Origin: Candidatus Thalassarchaeaceae archaeon
GTDB taxonomy: Archaea; Thermoplasmatota; Poseidoniia; Poseidoniales; Thalassarchaeaceae
Direction of reading: 5' to 3'
Assembly (NCBI GenBank): GCA_045568235.1
Contig: JBJLBJ010000022.1
Span: 1,953 to 65,952 of the forward strand
DNA: 64,000 nucleotides
This document shows, piece by piece, positions 19,826-29,876 of this stretch (position 1 is the first letter of the stretch; each line of letters begins with the position of its first letter). The notes under the pieces were generated by a model. The model had not been told where the DNA came from, ran no database searches, and worked only from the letters and a program-made list of their open reading frames with translations. The position numbers and the translations under genes were made by a program.

Positions 19826-22800
19826 ATGCACCCTGATTATGGTATTCGAAAAGTAGATTCTTTTAAGAAAAGAAATAGTATTACTTTAGTATCTATTATG
19901 CTTTTGAGTTTATTTGCAGCAATTGAAATACCTCAAGCAGAGGCGAGTGATGTTGTTTTAACTGACCCGATACAAATAGTAAACAGCGGGACACAATATA
20001 GTGATAGAATGATGGCAATATCAGGAGATTCAAATGGAAATATACATTTAGTATTTAGTCGAAATACGCAACATCTATATTACCAAATGCAAAATCCAAG
20101 AGGAGAAACAATAATTGATGCTACTCAGATTTCAAATCCGGGGAGTCATCGAGCATGGCATCCCGATATTACAGTTGACTCTGATGATAAAGTACATGTT
20201 GTATGGACAGATAAAGCGGGTCAATATTCAATAATGTACACATTATTAGATTCGTATTTAGATGATAGAGACGGCTCGCCTGCATTAGACTCAGTTATTT
20301 CAGTAGTTGATGATTATGAGGTTGCTAATAATCCCCAAAATCGCGACTACCCTGCAATCGATGTTGACTCTAATAATGATCCGCATATAGTTTGGGAGGA
20401 TGCTTTTGAACCTTTAGAAAAATTCTATCAACAACCACAGATATATTATAAAATGCTTGAAATAGATTATGTAACAAGGGAAGCAGTAATAGCCATCGAT
20501 AGCACTTTATTAACTCCTATTTTAGGACATAAAGGCCATCCAGATATAGCCGTAGATGTTGATGACTTTGTCCAAATTGTTTGGGACGATACTCGAGGAG
20601 GTAAGGTCGAAATGGTCGTTCCAATCGATACTTCTGGTTCAATGAATACCGAATGGGCAGATATGTGTGTTGTTTTTTATGGAGGAAATTTTGCTGGTGG
20701 AGGCTCCTTTCCTGGGTTAAAACCACTATTGGAAAGCGCTAATATGAGTGTTTATGAAACACTATATGCACTAAGTGGTAATTGGCCTGCTGCATCACAA
20801 AGTGGAGCATGTGCAACTGCATACCAAACAGGAGGTTCTGGTAGCCAAGGACCTAGAAGTACGCCTTTAGGAGATAGTGAAAATTCAGGAGGAATAAGAT
20901 ATTTAGATGAAGTTGTTTACAATAACGCTGCAGTAGACCTCCCGGCTGATGGTGGATATTATAGTGAGTTCTGGGGCCCTGCAGCAACATGGGCTTGCCT
21001 ATCTTGGTATGATGCGAATGGCAACGTTCCAGGAAACCCTCCAACACAATTAGATCATAAATGGAATCCGAATGCTACTAAGATAGTAATACCAATTTCA
21101 GATGAAGGGCCATATGGTGGAACTCCCATGGACAACGACGATACTGTGAGTATTTCAGAATCACATGACGCTTGCGTAACAGCTGATATTGTACCAACTC
21201 CTTTGTGGGCAGGTTCAGATACAGAGGTAGGATCTTACATGATGGATTTAGCACAATGCCCAAATGGTTCAGGTCTTAATGCAAGAACATGCAATGGCAA
21301 CAATCTTAGATTAACAAATGCAGGAGGACAAATGTATGGTTTTCCTACATCATCTTCTAGCTCAGCTGAACTAGAAATAATGGTTGAGGCGATGGTATAT
21401 CTTTCAACTAATAATTCGAGAGAAATATATATGACAGTTTTAGATCCTCTTTCTCTCTTAGATAGGCCTTGGCCTGGTTGGGTCAAGGGAGACCCAGGGA
21501 CGGAAGTAAATTCGAATACCAATACTTATACTGAAGATTTAGGGCCATCAGAAGATATATCCGGGTATGGGCATTTGGTTGTTGTAAACGATACGCGAAT
21601 AACACTTAATGATGCATATAGCTTACATCCCGCTATAGCACTAGATTCTACTGGTCTTACACATTTAGCATGGCAAGATGGACGAGCTTATGGTTTTGAT
21701 ATTGATGTCAACTATGAAGTGTATTACACCAGACTAAAACTAAGAGGTGCTGCTGAATGGGACGGGGCAGCAGAAGGATTGCCCACATATGGAATAAAAC
21801 AAATTGCGGATGCAGCAATTTCTGATGTAGAGGGATTACAAGGAATTGATCCCAACCGCCCCTTTGGCGGCAATTCTCACCTACCATCAATAATTACGGA
21901 TTCTTTTGACAACGTACATCTTGCATGGCTAGATAATTATAACGAAACTCAGGGAGAAACTGTGGTATACACTCGTCTAAACCATACTAATGATGATTAT
22001 CCAGACGGTTTTCCTTTGAATTCTATAGCATCTGCAATATTTGATCCGTGGACAATTATACCTGTAACCTCTTGGCAATCAGATAAATTAGGCCCGAATT
22101 CTCCTGCTACGCCGGATTTAGGACAGACTCCAGCATTTGCCAATGATTTAGGAAGTGGAGCACACCTTGGTTGGTCTGATACTAACAAATGTAATGAAGA
22201 AAATAACGCTGGAAAATATACGTTATGTTATGTTCACGTATTAACAGGACTAGTTGATATTTCTTTAGCTTGCGATGAAAAATTAATTGCCAATCCTAAT
22301 TTAGAAGGACATTATTATAACTGTCCAGAGGAAACAGAAACATTCTATCATACAATTTTCCCTGGTGAATTGACTACTTATAACATGACGATTGCAAATC
22401 CAACACCAGGCCCAGCAGAATTGGTTAAAGATACATTTACTGTTACTATGTCCGGAATTCCTCAGAATTGGAGTGCAACACTATTTTATGCCACAAATAA
22501 TACACCGATATTCGAATCCACCCCTGTTCATTTGGAAGGTGGAGAAGTAGTTCCTATTTACTTAAAATTAAGGGCTCCAACAATATATCAAGCTAAAGAG
22601 GACGAATTAGCACAAGTCAAAATAACCGCAGTATCATACAAAGATATAGCAATATTTAATGAAAAATTAACTCTAACATTGATGGACGTAGTGCATGGTA
22701 TTGAATTAGATACAAGCCACTATCAAGTAGATATTGAACAAGGCAGATCTGCTATTTTTTCAGTTTCTGTAAAGAATACTGGTAATGTTTATGATACATT

Positions 22801-24997
22801 TGCATTCTATGATCCTTCAACATTAGAAGGACAGAATGAGTGGGCATTGCCATTTGGTTGGGGCATCGATTTCCCGACTTCTATTTCATTAGATCCTTTA
22901 CAGTCAGTGACTAAAAATTTACAAGTAAGTGTACCTACATCACAAGAACCAGGGACATTTGTAATATATTTGAAGGGTTGGTCTATGGGCGAACCGGTTT
23001 TATCTATAGATAGAGGAACATTTGATGTTTTGGAATTATGGATAAATGTTTCAACCAGAACAACTGGTAATATCGTTTTCTCAGTGGGTGAAACCACGCA
23101 ATATGTCCTCCCAGGAGAATGTGCTGAGTTTGATATTGACGTCACTAAACATTTCACTCCTGGACATTTGGTGTTTAATATCCCGGGGGCACCGCCCGAT
23201 AAACCAACTAATTGGACAGAAGAGACATGGAGATATGACCACTGGACTGTCGATTTAGATTTCTCAAATGCACCTGGAGGAAATGGCCCTGCTGACGATG
23301 CTCCAAGGTATTGGTCTCAAATAAATACCCCATACACCGTTACTGCAATAATGTGTGCACCATATAATGCAACGGCGGGGTTGGGCGATTCCGTTGCAGT
23401 TCGAGCACATCTTGATGGTCAACCAAAAATTAGAGATTCAGTAGTAATTTTGACGAATGTTATTCAAAGGTATGATTTACAGGCAACCGTTCCGGAAACC
23501 ATTTTGGATTTATATCCAGGACAGCCATATCAAATGAATACAACTATTGAGAATCTTGGGAATGGTGCAGATAGGTTTGATGTTACCATAGATTCTATCA
23601 TAGATTCAGATGGTAATTCCCATGTTTGGGATATTGAAATACCAAGAATATTATTTGGAGAACTAGATAGAGATGAAATAGGTGAATATCAAATAATAAT
23701 TAATGTTCCTGAAAAAACTTTAGCAGGACAATATACAGTTAATTTTAATGTATATAGTGAAGAAGAATATGAAGGTAGTAAATTGAGAGATATAATATCA
23801 TTAAAAGTTAATATTATTGAATTTCATGATATGAGAATCACATTAGACCCCAGTGTAGAAAGCAAGATCAAAACTACTGCACCTAGCAGAATAGTTAGAT
23901 TTACTTTGAATGTAACAAACTTCGGTAATGTACCAGATCAACCAACAATACACAACCACACAATTGATGCTGCAGGAGGCTGGGGCGTTATGCCTGGTAT
24001 GAATACACTTTCAAATTGGGAGATAAAATTCGCTCTTTTAGAAGATTTTAATACCGAATATCCAATAGAGAATCTATGTTTAGGACAGTCTCCTGATTTC
24101 TTAACATTATCAGAACCAATACCTACTGAAGGGTGTTATCTCTCTGCTCAAACAGGAGCATTGACGTTGCCTATGATGGAGGCATATACAACGTTGCAAA
24201 TAGTAGTTATTGTTTCTATAGCGCCAGATGCGGCTTTACAAAATAGAGAAATTGGCATAAAAGCGATCTCAATGCACGGCTCATCAGATAATGGAGGTGA
24301 TTATGATGAAACTCCTGGTTGGGAAGATTCTTGCACCTTAGATACGAATAAAGACGGTATTACTGATAACTATAAGCCAGATTGTGATAATAATGAGCAA
24401 ATATTAGAACTACGTTTGAGGGCACCTGATTTAGAAATTTTAGAAGTTACAACAGGTGCTAAAAAAGGTGCGATCGGAGAAATGCTATCTGTAAGCGTGA
24501 AGATAGTCAATAGAGGAAATGCACATGCAACAGACGTTAATGTGATACTTTGTAAAGACCAATCTCCATCCAATATTAAGAAGAATGGCTGTGATGAAAC
24601 AAATATAGTTTACAGACAGATTATCAAAGCTATAATGCCTATTGGTGACGGAGGATTAGAAAATCCTGATCCTATTACATTACTATACATGGTCGAGGCG
24701 GGAAATCATGATGTTGTTGTTGTTGTAGATGCAGATAACGATATAGTAGAGACAGATGAAACAAATAATATTATGAGGATACCAGGTGGAGAATTGAGCT
24801 CTAATTTTGGTACTGGAGATGTTATTATTGATGTAATAGCTCGTTATTCCGTTCCAACAATAATTCTTGGTGCAACATTTTCATTGATTGGTGTGGCCGG
24901 GTATGTAATGTATGGAAGAAGGCTAGATGCGCTACAAGCATTTGCTGAGAAGACAAGTTTAATGTCAAAAAATGATGACGAAGATACTAGATTTTGA
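19826..24997 (+). CDS. giant cell-surface protein: signal peptide, propeller-like hhW.D repeats with an embedded vWA (MIDAS) domain, multiple CARDB/Ig-like domains, C-terminal TM anchor
   Basis: 1723 aa. N-terminal hydrophobic signal (ITLVSIMLLSLFAAIEIPQAEA). Seven or more repeats of ...VH[VL]VW.D.........Y(Y)T+L. vWA signature VVPIDTSGSMN...IVIPISDEGPYGG. CARDB-like modules (for example APDLEILEVTTGAKKGAIGEMLSVSVKIVNRGNAHATDVNVIL). C-terminal TM helix (IILGATFSLIGVAGYVMYG) followed by a short acidic tail. Confidence 0.6.
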   Translation: MHPDYGIRKVDSFKKRNSITLVSIMLLSLFAAIEIPQAEASDVVLTDPIQIVNSGTQYSDRMMAISGDSNGNIHLVFSRNTQHLYYQMQNPRGETIIDATQISNPGSHRAWHPDITVDSDDKVHVVWTDKAGQYSIMYTLLDSYLDDRDGSPALDSVISVVDDYEVANNPQNRDYPAIDVDSNNDPHIVWEDAFEPLEKFYQQPQIYYKMLEIDYVTREAVIAIDSTLLTPILGHKGHPDIAVDVDDFVQIVWDDTRGGKVEMVVPIDTSGSMNTEWADMCVVFYGGNFAGGGSFPGLKPLLESANMSVYETLYALSGNWPAASQSGACATAYQTGGSGSQGPRSTPLGDSENSGGIRYLDEVVYNNAAVDLPADGGYYSEFWGPAATWACLSWYDANGNVPGNPPTQLDHKWNPNATKIVIPISDEGPYGGTPMDNDDTVSISESHDACVTADIVPTPLWAGSDTEVGSYMMDLAQCPNGSGLNARTCNGNNLRLTNAGGQMYGFPTSSSSSAELEIMVEAMVYLSTNNSREIYMTVLDPLSLLDRPWPGWVKGDPGTEVNSNTNTYTEDLGPSEDISGYGHLVVVNDTRITLNDAYSLHPAIALDSTGLTHLAWQDGRAYGFDIDVNYEVYYTRLKLRGAAEWDGAAEGLPTYGIKQIADAAISDVEGLQGIDPNRPFGGNSHLPSIITDSFDNVHLAWLDNYNETQGETVVYTRLNHTNDDYPDGFPLNSIASAIFDPWTIIPVTSWQSDKLGPNSPATPDLGQTPAFANDLGSGAHLGWSDTNKCNEENNAGKYTLCYVHVLTGLVDISLACDEKLIANPNLEGHYYNCPEETETFYHTIFPGELTTYNMTIANPTPGPAELVKDTFTVTMSGIPQNWSATLFYATNNTPIFESTPVHLEGGEVVPIYLKLRAPTIYQAKEDELAQVKITAVSYKDIAIFNEKLTLTLMDVVHGIELDTSHYQVDIEQGRSAIFSVSVKNTGNVYDTFAFYDPSTLEGQNEWALPFGWGIDFPTSISLDPLQSVTKNLQVSVPTSQEPGTFVIYLKGWSMGEPVLSIDRGTFDVLELWINVSTRTTGNIVFSVGETTQYVLPGECAEFDIDVTKHFTPGHLVFNIPGAPPDKPTNWTEETWRYDHWTVDLDFSNAPGGNGPADDAPRYWSQINTPYTVTAIMCAPYNATAGLGDSVAVRAHLDGQPKIRDSVVILTNVIQRYDLQATVPETILDLYPGQPYQMNTTIENLGNGADRFDVTIDSIIDSDGNSHVWDIEIPRILFGELDRDEIGEYQIIINVPEKTLAGQYTVNFNVYSEEEYEGSKLRDIISLKVNIIEFHDMRITLDPSVESKIKTTAPSRIVRFTLNVTNFGNVPDQPTIHNHTIDAAGGWGVMPGMNTLSNWEIKFALLEDFNTEYPIENLCLGQSPDFLTLSEPIPTEGCYLSAQTGALTLPMMEAYTTLQIVVIVSIAPDAALQNREIGIKAISMHGSSDNGGDYDETPGWEDSCTLDTNKDGITDNYKPDCDNNEQILELRLRAPDLEILEVTTGAKKGAIGEMLSVSVKIVNRGNAHATDVNVILCKDQSPSNIKKNGCDETNIVYRQIIKAIMPIGDGGLENPDPITLLYMVEAGNHDVVVVVDADNDIVETDETNNIMRIPGGELSSNFGTGDVIIDVIARYSVPTIILGATFSLIGVAGYVMYGRRLDALQAFAEKTSLMSKNDDEDTRF

Positions 24998-25735
24998 TTA
25001 TTTTGCTAGCCACCAAGGTAAAGGAGTTCCTTTGGTTGCAGCCACAAAATCTCCTTTGCTGGATGCAAAATCTCTTAGTAAACGCTCTCGTAAATTTTCC
25101 ATCATTTCTTCAGCATCCATGGACTGCATCCTTAGTCCATGAGAAAATAAATCGAGGTCCAAAGGCCTTCTAGGTTGATTCATTATAGCATGAGCCAACC
25201 TTCGTTCTTCATAGGAATTAGAGTGCTCTGAGACACTAGAAGATACCTTTTTCTTAACTTGTTGATGCATAGCAATAATTGCATCACGTTGATTATCTAT
25301 TTTTTCTAAAACCACATCTAATTCACCTAAAACATCGATTGCTTCAGCCAAATCTAATTTTCTTCTTGTACCCATTCTTTTAACTACTCCCCCCAGATCA
25401 CTAGGAAGTTTATTTGAAAGTTTCATTGCACCCCCACTAGGTATTTTTCTATGCTCAGTGCGAAACAAGTCAGGACCCAAATCTAGCCTTATAGAAAATG
25501 ATTGATCTACTTTATACATTTTTTTAGGAGGGCCTCCTTTTTCTGAAGCAACCATTTCTGAATTAACAAAATCGGCCTTTTCAAGTACTTTTAGATGTTT
25601 TACTACTGCTTGTTGACTAACATTTATCAATTCAGAAATCTGTAAAGGATAATGTGGCTCTTTCACAAGAAGCATCAAAATTTCTCGTCTGGTAAGATTT
25701 TCTAATATAGACAAAGCCTCATCAAAGTCCACCAT
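24998..25735 (-). CDS. ArsR-type winged-helix transcriptional regulator with a C-terminal extension
   Basis: N-terminal wHTH region RREILMLLVKEPHYPLQISELINVSQQAVVKHLKVLEKADFV. 245 aa. Convergent with the giant surface-protein gene and abutting it with zero spacer. Confidence 0.55.
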   Translation of the reverse strand: MVDFDEALSILENLTRREILMLLVKEPHYPLQISELINVSQQAVVKHLKVLEKADFVNSEMVASEKGGPPKKMYKVDQSFSIRLDLGPDLFRTEHRKIPSGGAMKLSNKLPSDLGGVVKRMGTRRKLDLAEAIDVLGELDVVLEKIDNQRDAIIAMHQQVKKKVSSSVSEHSNSYEERRLAHAIMNQPRRPLDLDLFSHGLRMQSMDAEEMMENLRERLLRDFASSKGDFVAATKGTPLPWWLAK

Positions 25736-25764
25736 CCACTTACCAACCTATGGTTGGGTAGTGG
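25736..25764. promoter_or_regulatory. imperfect palindrome CCACTTACCAACC-TAT-GGTTGGGTAGTGG immediately upstream of the ArsR-family gene start (putative operator)
   Basis: Read directly from the sequence: 13-nt arms matching at 11 of 13 positions, 3-nt spacer, beginning 1 nt upstream of the regulator's ATG. A tandem GGTAG repeat follows. Confidence 0.35.
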
Positions 25765-25787
25765 TAGGTATTCTAAAAACCCAATCA

Positions 25788-26498
25788 TTATTTTTGATTA
25801 TCCCAATCTTCCCAAAAAGCATCTTTATTCTCTATATTTTCTGTTTTTATAGTACTCAAATCATCATTTTCTATGAATGGATCTGGAATATTTTGAATAT
25901 TTTTTATAATCTTTATTTTTCCTTTTTCTTTATCGATATATAACTCATCAGATATTGTTATTTTTTGATTATTTACCCCTTTTCTCCAACCTATTACAAG
26001 AGTGATTAATGCTAAAATAGCCAATGGTATTCCCATACAAAAACCACAAGTTATAGCTATAAAACCAGAATCACTCATTATTTTTATTTGATTTGATGTT
26101 TCATCAATAAGCCAAAGCGTAGTTTCGCCTTCATTATATAAAATATATTTTTCATTTTTAGTATTTTCAAAAACCATGACGGTCTGATAAATACTACCAT
26201 CTAAGCCAGTTCTATCAAAGTCGTACCATGCAGCCTCTCTTCCTTCAGTCTCTTTACCAGAACTATTTATTAATTTTAATTCGGGTAAAGTATTTTCTCC
26301 ATCAATCCGTAAAGCCACATATAACCCCATTCTTTCTAATTCTACAGATTGACTTGAATTAGGCGATAATTCTACTAAATTAGTAGTCTTTGGATCTAAA
26401 ATTTCAATCATGTCATCTTGAGCATAAAAATATGCCATTGTACCCATTAATAAAAAAACTAGCGATATAACTGCTAACCACTTTCCTATCTTGAGCAA
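25788..26498 (-). CDS. hypothetical membrane protein (N-terminal anchor plus a second internal TM helix)
   Basis: 236 aa. Hydrophobic N-terminus (WLAVISLVFLLMGTMAYFY) and an internal TM segment (IAITCGFCMGIPLAILALITLVIGW). Confidence 0.4.
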   Translation of the reverse strand: MLKIGKWLAVISLVFLLMGTMAYFYAQDDMIEILDPKTTNLVELSPNSSQSVELERMGLYVALRIDGENTLPELKLINSSGKETEGREAAWYDFDRTGLDGSIYQTVMVFENTKNEKYILYNEGETTLWLIDETSNQIKIMSDSGFIAITCGFCMGIPLAILALITLVIGWRKGVNNQKITISDELYIDKEKGKIKIIKNIQNIPDPFIENDDLSTIKTENIENKDAFWEDWDNQK

Positions 26499-26547
26499 AT
26501 TACCACCTACAACTGTCCTAGTTAGTACCTATGTATCAATCCTTTAA

Positions 26548-27669
26548 TTAATATTTCAGGCCTAATGCTGCTAACTTCTCAGGCAAATAGGTATCTGTAA
26601 CGAAATCAAGGCCATATTTTGCCAGAGATTGCTGTTCGGCCTTTTTTCCTATCTCTTGCATTAGATTAATTTGTTCTTTCCACCACCCTGTGGCAAATCT
26701 TGGATCAGATAATTCCGATTCAAGGGCCCCCAAATCAGATTTTGTTAAATCATCACTTGGCAAATCATAAGCTAAAATATCGTCTGCTGTTATTCCTAGA
26801 TATATTGCTTCATTTGTTGCCAAATACTCAGATATATGAGCCGTCTTTATAGCACCATATGCTATACTAGCAAAAATCCTAAACGACCAAGGATCACAAT
26901 CAGCGAATACAAGTATGGGTTTTTTCCATTCATCACTCATTCTTTTCATGATACGTCTGGTTGACCTTGCCGGTTGTCCTTTAAGATGAATTATTGCACA
27001 CCGAGCTTCTTCATCAAAACCATTTTCAACTAGCCTATCAAACATTCCTCCTGTTTCAACTGCCATAACGAAATCGATATCCTGTTCAAGTAATCTTAAT
27101 TTTTCAGATTCTACATTATATGGAACGCCATACCCAGAGTCGCCCACATCATCCCTGCAATTTATCCTCATCCATTCTCCTTTACGGTTTTTTTCTTCAA
27201 ATGTAACATTTCCAATTATTCTAGCACCATCTTCTTCAGGCCGTAATTTAAAATCCTCCCGAATGCATTTTGTTACTATTTCCAAATCTTCAGCGAGATT
27301 ATTACTTTCATTTTGAGTACCAAATTTACCATTCCCCCATCCTTCAGAGATATAATACATTTCTCTTAAAGTCGAAGACTTGCCAGAATCTATCATTTCT
27401 TCTATAAATTCCGTTATATGTAATGAGCGTAATAAAACTCTCGCGGAACTTAAAGCCGTTGCATCTCTAGTACTCTTATTTTTGCCATACTTATAAACTT
27501 GTAATTTTTTATCAAATTGTATGTTCTTTTTTGTTCTAACAGGTAGAGTCATGGCAGGAGGTTTCCCTTTCAACATTTTATCATGCATTTCTGCAGCCAC
27601 ACTATGTAATGCTTCTATTACTTCTTCTTTGGTTTTTGTTCTCCCTAAAGTCATCATTCTACCTCCCAT
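26548..27669 (-). CDS. top6A: DNA topoisomerase VI subunit A (Spo11-like)
   Basis: 373 aa, a size typical of Top6A. Directly downstream of top6B and overlapping it by 16 nt, in the canonical B-A operon order. Toprim-like acidic motifs are present. Confidence 0.75.
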   Translation of the reverse strand: MGGRMMTLGRTKTKEEVIEALHSVAAEMHDKMLKGKPPAMTLPVRTKKNIQFDKKLQVYKYGKNKSTRDATALSSARVLLRSLHITEFIEEMIDSGKSSTLREMYYISEGWGNGKFGTQNESNNLAEDLEIVTKCIREDFKLRPEEDGARIIGNVTFEEKNRKGEWMRINCRDDVGDSGYGVPYNVESEKLRLLEQDIDFVMAVETGGMFDRLVENGFDEEARCAIIHLKGQPARSTRRIMKRMSDEWKKPILVFADCDPWSFRIFASIAYGAIKTAHISEYLATNEAIYLGITADDILAYDLPSDDLTKSDLGALESELSDPRFATGWWKEQINLMQEIGKKAEQQSLAKYGLDFVTDTYLPEKLAALGLKY

Positions 27670-29729
27670 TCAGATAAAGAAAGTTGCCCTTCTTTAGATT
27701 CTAAAATAGTCGTTGATATATCTTGTTGTACGTTTTCTTCTGCTCTGTCAATCAATGGCTCTAAGTTATTAGATTCGTTCAATATTTCTTTTTCGGCCAA
27801 CACTAAAGCTTCAGATTTACGTATTTCATCAAGTAAAGTTTCATCAATTTTAGTGGCACCTATTATCTCTCCATTTCCTCTAAAGAAAATATCCGTATCT
27901 ACCCAGTCTCCTTTTGTTAGTCCAGATACTCCAAACTCAACAGTAGTACACGTTCCAGGATTTAATGTGTCTAACCTCCAAGCCCAAATTCCCTTTGTTT
28001 CTTTTCTCCCTCCACGATGATTATTTACCATAACAGTGTCTTCATTTTCTGGCCACTTTGCTAAAATAGTGTACGCCCTTGCCCTCGCCGTATAATTGTA
28101 AATTTTAATCGAACAGGTTGCAATTTTATGTTCTTTATCCCAATCCAATATTTCTTCACAGAATACAGCATTCATAATTTGAGTTATTACCGGCGCAAGA
28201 TCAGGCTCGGGTCTTGCAAGTATTTCCGAACTTTTTTTTGCTATTTCAGGTAATATTATATTCACTAATTCGAATTTTTCCTTCGCCTTTTTACGTTGTG
28301 AACTTTTCTTTAAATGATTCTTCAATCCTCTTCCGACTTCGAGCAAGGCCTTTCTTATCTCTTCATGAACTTCTTCATTTTCTGCTACTGCTTCCTTTGC
28401 TTCGCTAGTAAATTGAACATTAGTAGATGCTAGATGAATCAATAAAGCTGCTGGACCTTTAGGGACTCCTCGACCTCCAGGGTGATCAAGACCGTATCTT
28501 TTCCAATCAACCGACTCAAGGGCTTTCGTAAGTAGACAGCCACCTTGTTGATACATTAGCGGTACTCTATTTGCAAACCTCAAAACCTCTATTGGACCAT
28601 CGGAACTTAAGTCTCCACCAAAAACTAAACCTACCTCTATTTGGAAAGGGTTTCCCTGACTAACACTAGGATTCCTAGTTACAGTGGATGCAAATCTAGA
28701 ATCAATTGCTTTAGAAAGGCCTTTCTTAATCAACAAGTCATCTATTGGAGAAAGGCAATCCATGGGAGGGGAAAGAAGTTTAACCTTTTGAAACGAATTT
28801 AATATTTCTTGGGCATCATCTGCCTTAATTCTTTTAGGCTCTCTCCCTTCATCAACTTTAGCCTTTACAAGTATTTCTCTAGCTGCCCTCATACTAACTC
28901 CAGAAAAATTATGACGCAAAAAAGAAGTCATTTTTCTTTCACTCGACTCACGTAACATCCGTTGCAAAGTCCCCAGATGAATGCCATGAGGATGAGGCTT
29001 AATTTCTGAAACCACCCTCGGCAATCGCTCAGTTGTTCTAGGCCAATTACCTTGATCTATTATGTTACCATCCCTATCTCGTACCATTAAAGATATACTT
29101 GCATGAGGATTAACTATCGATGTCATTCTAAGATATTGATGAACTGATTGCTTTCCTTTCTGATATTTACCTTTCATAATAGTTCTAATCCTCAATCCTT
29201 GTTGGTTCTCTTCACCTGTATTTTTATTAATCCACACTTCTCTTTTCTCACCGGTCTTAATTGCTTTATTTTTCCTTGTATCTAAACCCAATTCAACAAA
29301 AACTGCAGAAGAATCCTCTTTTATTTTTGATATAACATGGGTCTTGGATCCAGTGGTTAGTTGACTATACATCACTACTCCTGTTATGCCAATACCTTGT
29401 TGTCCACGAGTTTGTCTAATGGCATGAAACCTTGAACCTAATAGAAATTTTCCAAAAACGTCTTCAATTGCATTTCTTGGTATTCCAGGACCATTATCTT
29501 GCGTTATAAATTCAATTTTATCGCCCTTTTGCTTGTTTAATTCAACATGTATATTTGGCAATATACGAGCTTCTTCGCAAGCATCCAGAGAATTATCTAC
29601 AGACTCCTTTACTGCAGTAATTATGGATCTTTGTAAAGAATCAAAACCAAGAAAATGTTTATTTTTTTCAAAAAATTCACTTACGGCAATTTGCTTCTGT
29701 TTACTAGAAATTTCTTCAGCTTTATTCAT
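27654..29729 (-). CDS. top6B: DNA topoisomerase VI subunit B (GHKL ATPase)
   Basis: Bergerat-fold N-box KESVDNSLDACEE, the Gly-rich ATP-lid region (QDNGPGIP...GQQGIG) and transducer-domain length. 691 aa, long for Top6B. SD-like GGAGGG lies 6 nt upstream of the ATG. Confidence 0.85.
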   Translation of the reverse strand: MNKAEEISSKQKQIAVSEFFEKNKHFLGFDSLQRSIITAVKESVDNSLDACEEARILPNIHVELNKQKGDKIEFITQDNGPGIPRNAIEDVFGKFLLGSRFHAIRQTRGQQGIGITGVVMYSQLTTGSKTHVISKIKEDSSAVFVELGLDTRKNKAIKTGEKREVWINKNTGEENQQGLRIRTIMKGKYQKGKQSVHQYLRMTSIVNPHASISLMVRDRDGNIIDQGNWPRTTERLPRVVSEIKPHPHGIHLGTLQRMLRESSERKMTSFLRHNFSGVSMRAAREILVKAKVDEGREPKRIKADDAQEILNSFQKVKLLSPPMDCLSPIDDLLIKKGLSKAIDSRFASTVTRNPSVSQGNPFQIEVGLVFGGDLSSDGPIEVLRFANRVPLMYQQGGCLLTKALESVDWKRYGLDHPGGRGVPKGPAALLIHLASTNVQFTSEAKEAVAENEEVHEEIRKALLEVGRGLKNHLKKSSQRKKAKEKFELVNIILPEIAKKSSEILARPEPDLAPVITQIMNAVFCEEILDWDKEHKIATCSIKIYNYTARARAYTILAKWPENEDTVMVNNHRGGRKETKGIWAWRLDTLNPGTCTTVEFGVSGLTKGDWVDTDIFFRGNGEIIGATKIDETLLDEIRKSEALVLAEKEILNESNNLEPLIDRAEENVQQDISTTILESKEGQLSLSEWEVE

Positions 29730-29876
29730 TTACATCCCTCCATCAGGTCCTCCCAATACCCTATTGGCACGGGGCCTGCTTATGGTTACATCATCTAGAA
29801 TGCAGGCCGTCCTTAACTTTACATGAAAATTAATTGTAAAAGTGCTTAATATTATATATTTCACTATTATTCAGAA

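Noticed and set aside
25761-25943. 60 aa plus-strand ORF (MVGILKTQSLFLIIPIF...) between the ArsR-family gene and the membrane-protein gene
   Set aside because: It overlaps the 3' end of the minus-strand membrane-protein gene (25788-26498) and is a hydrophobic AT-rich frame artefact. The region is better explained as the regulator's promoter/operator.
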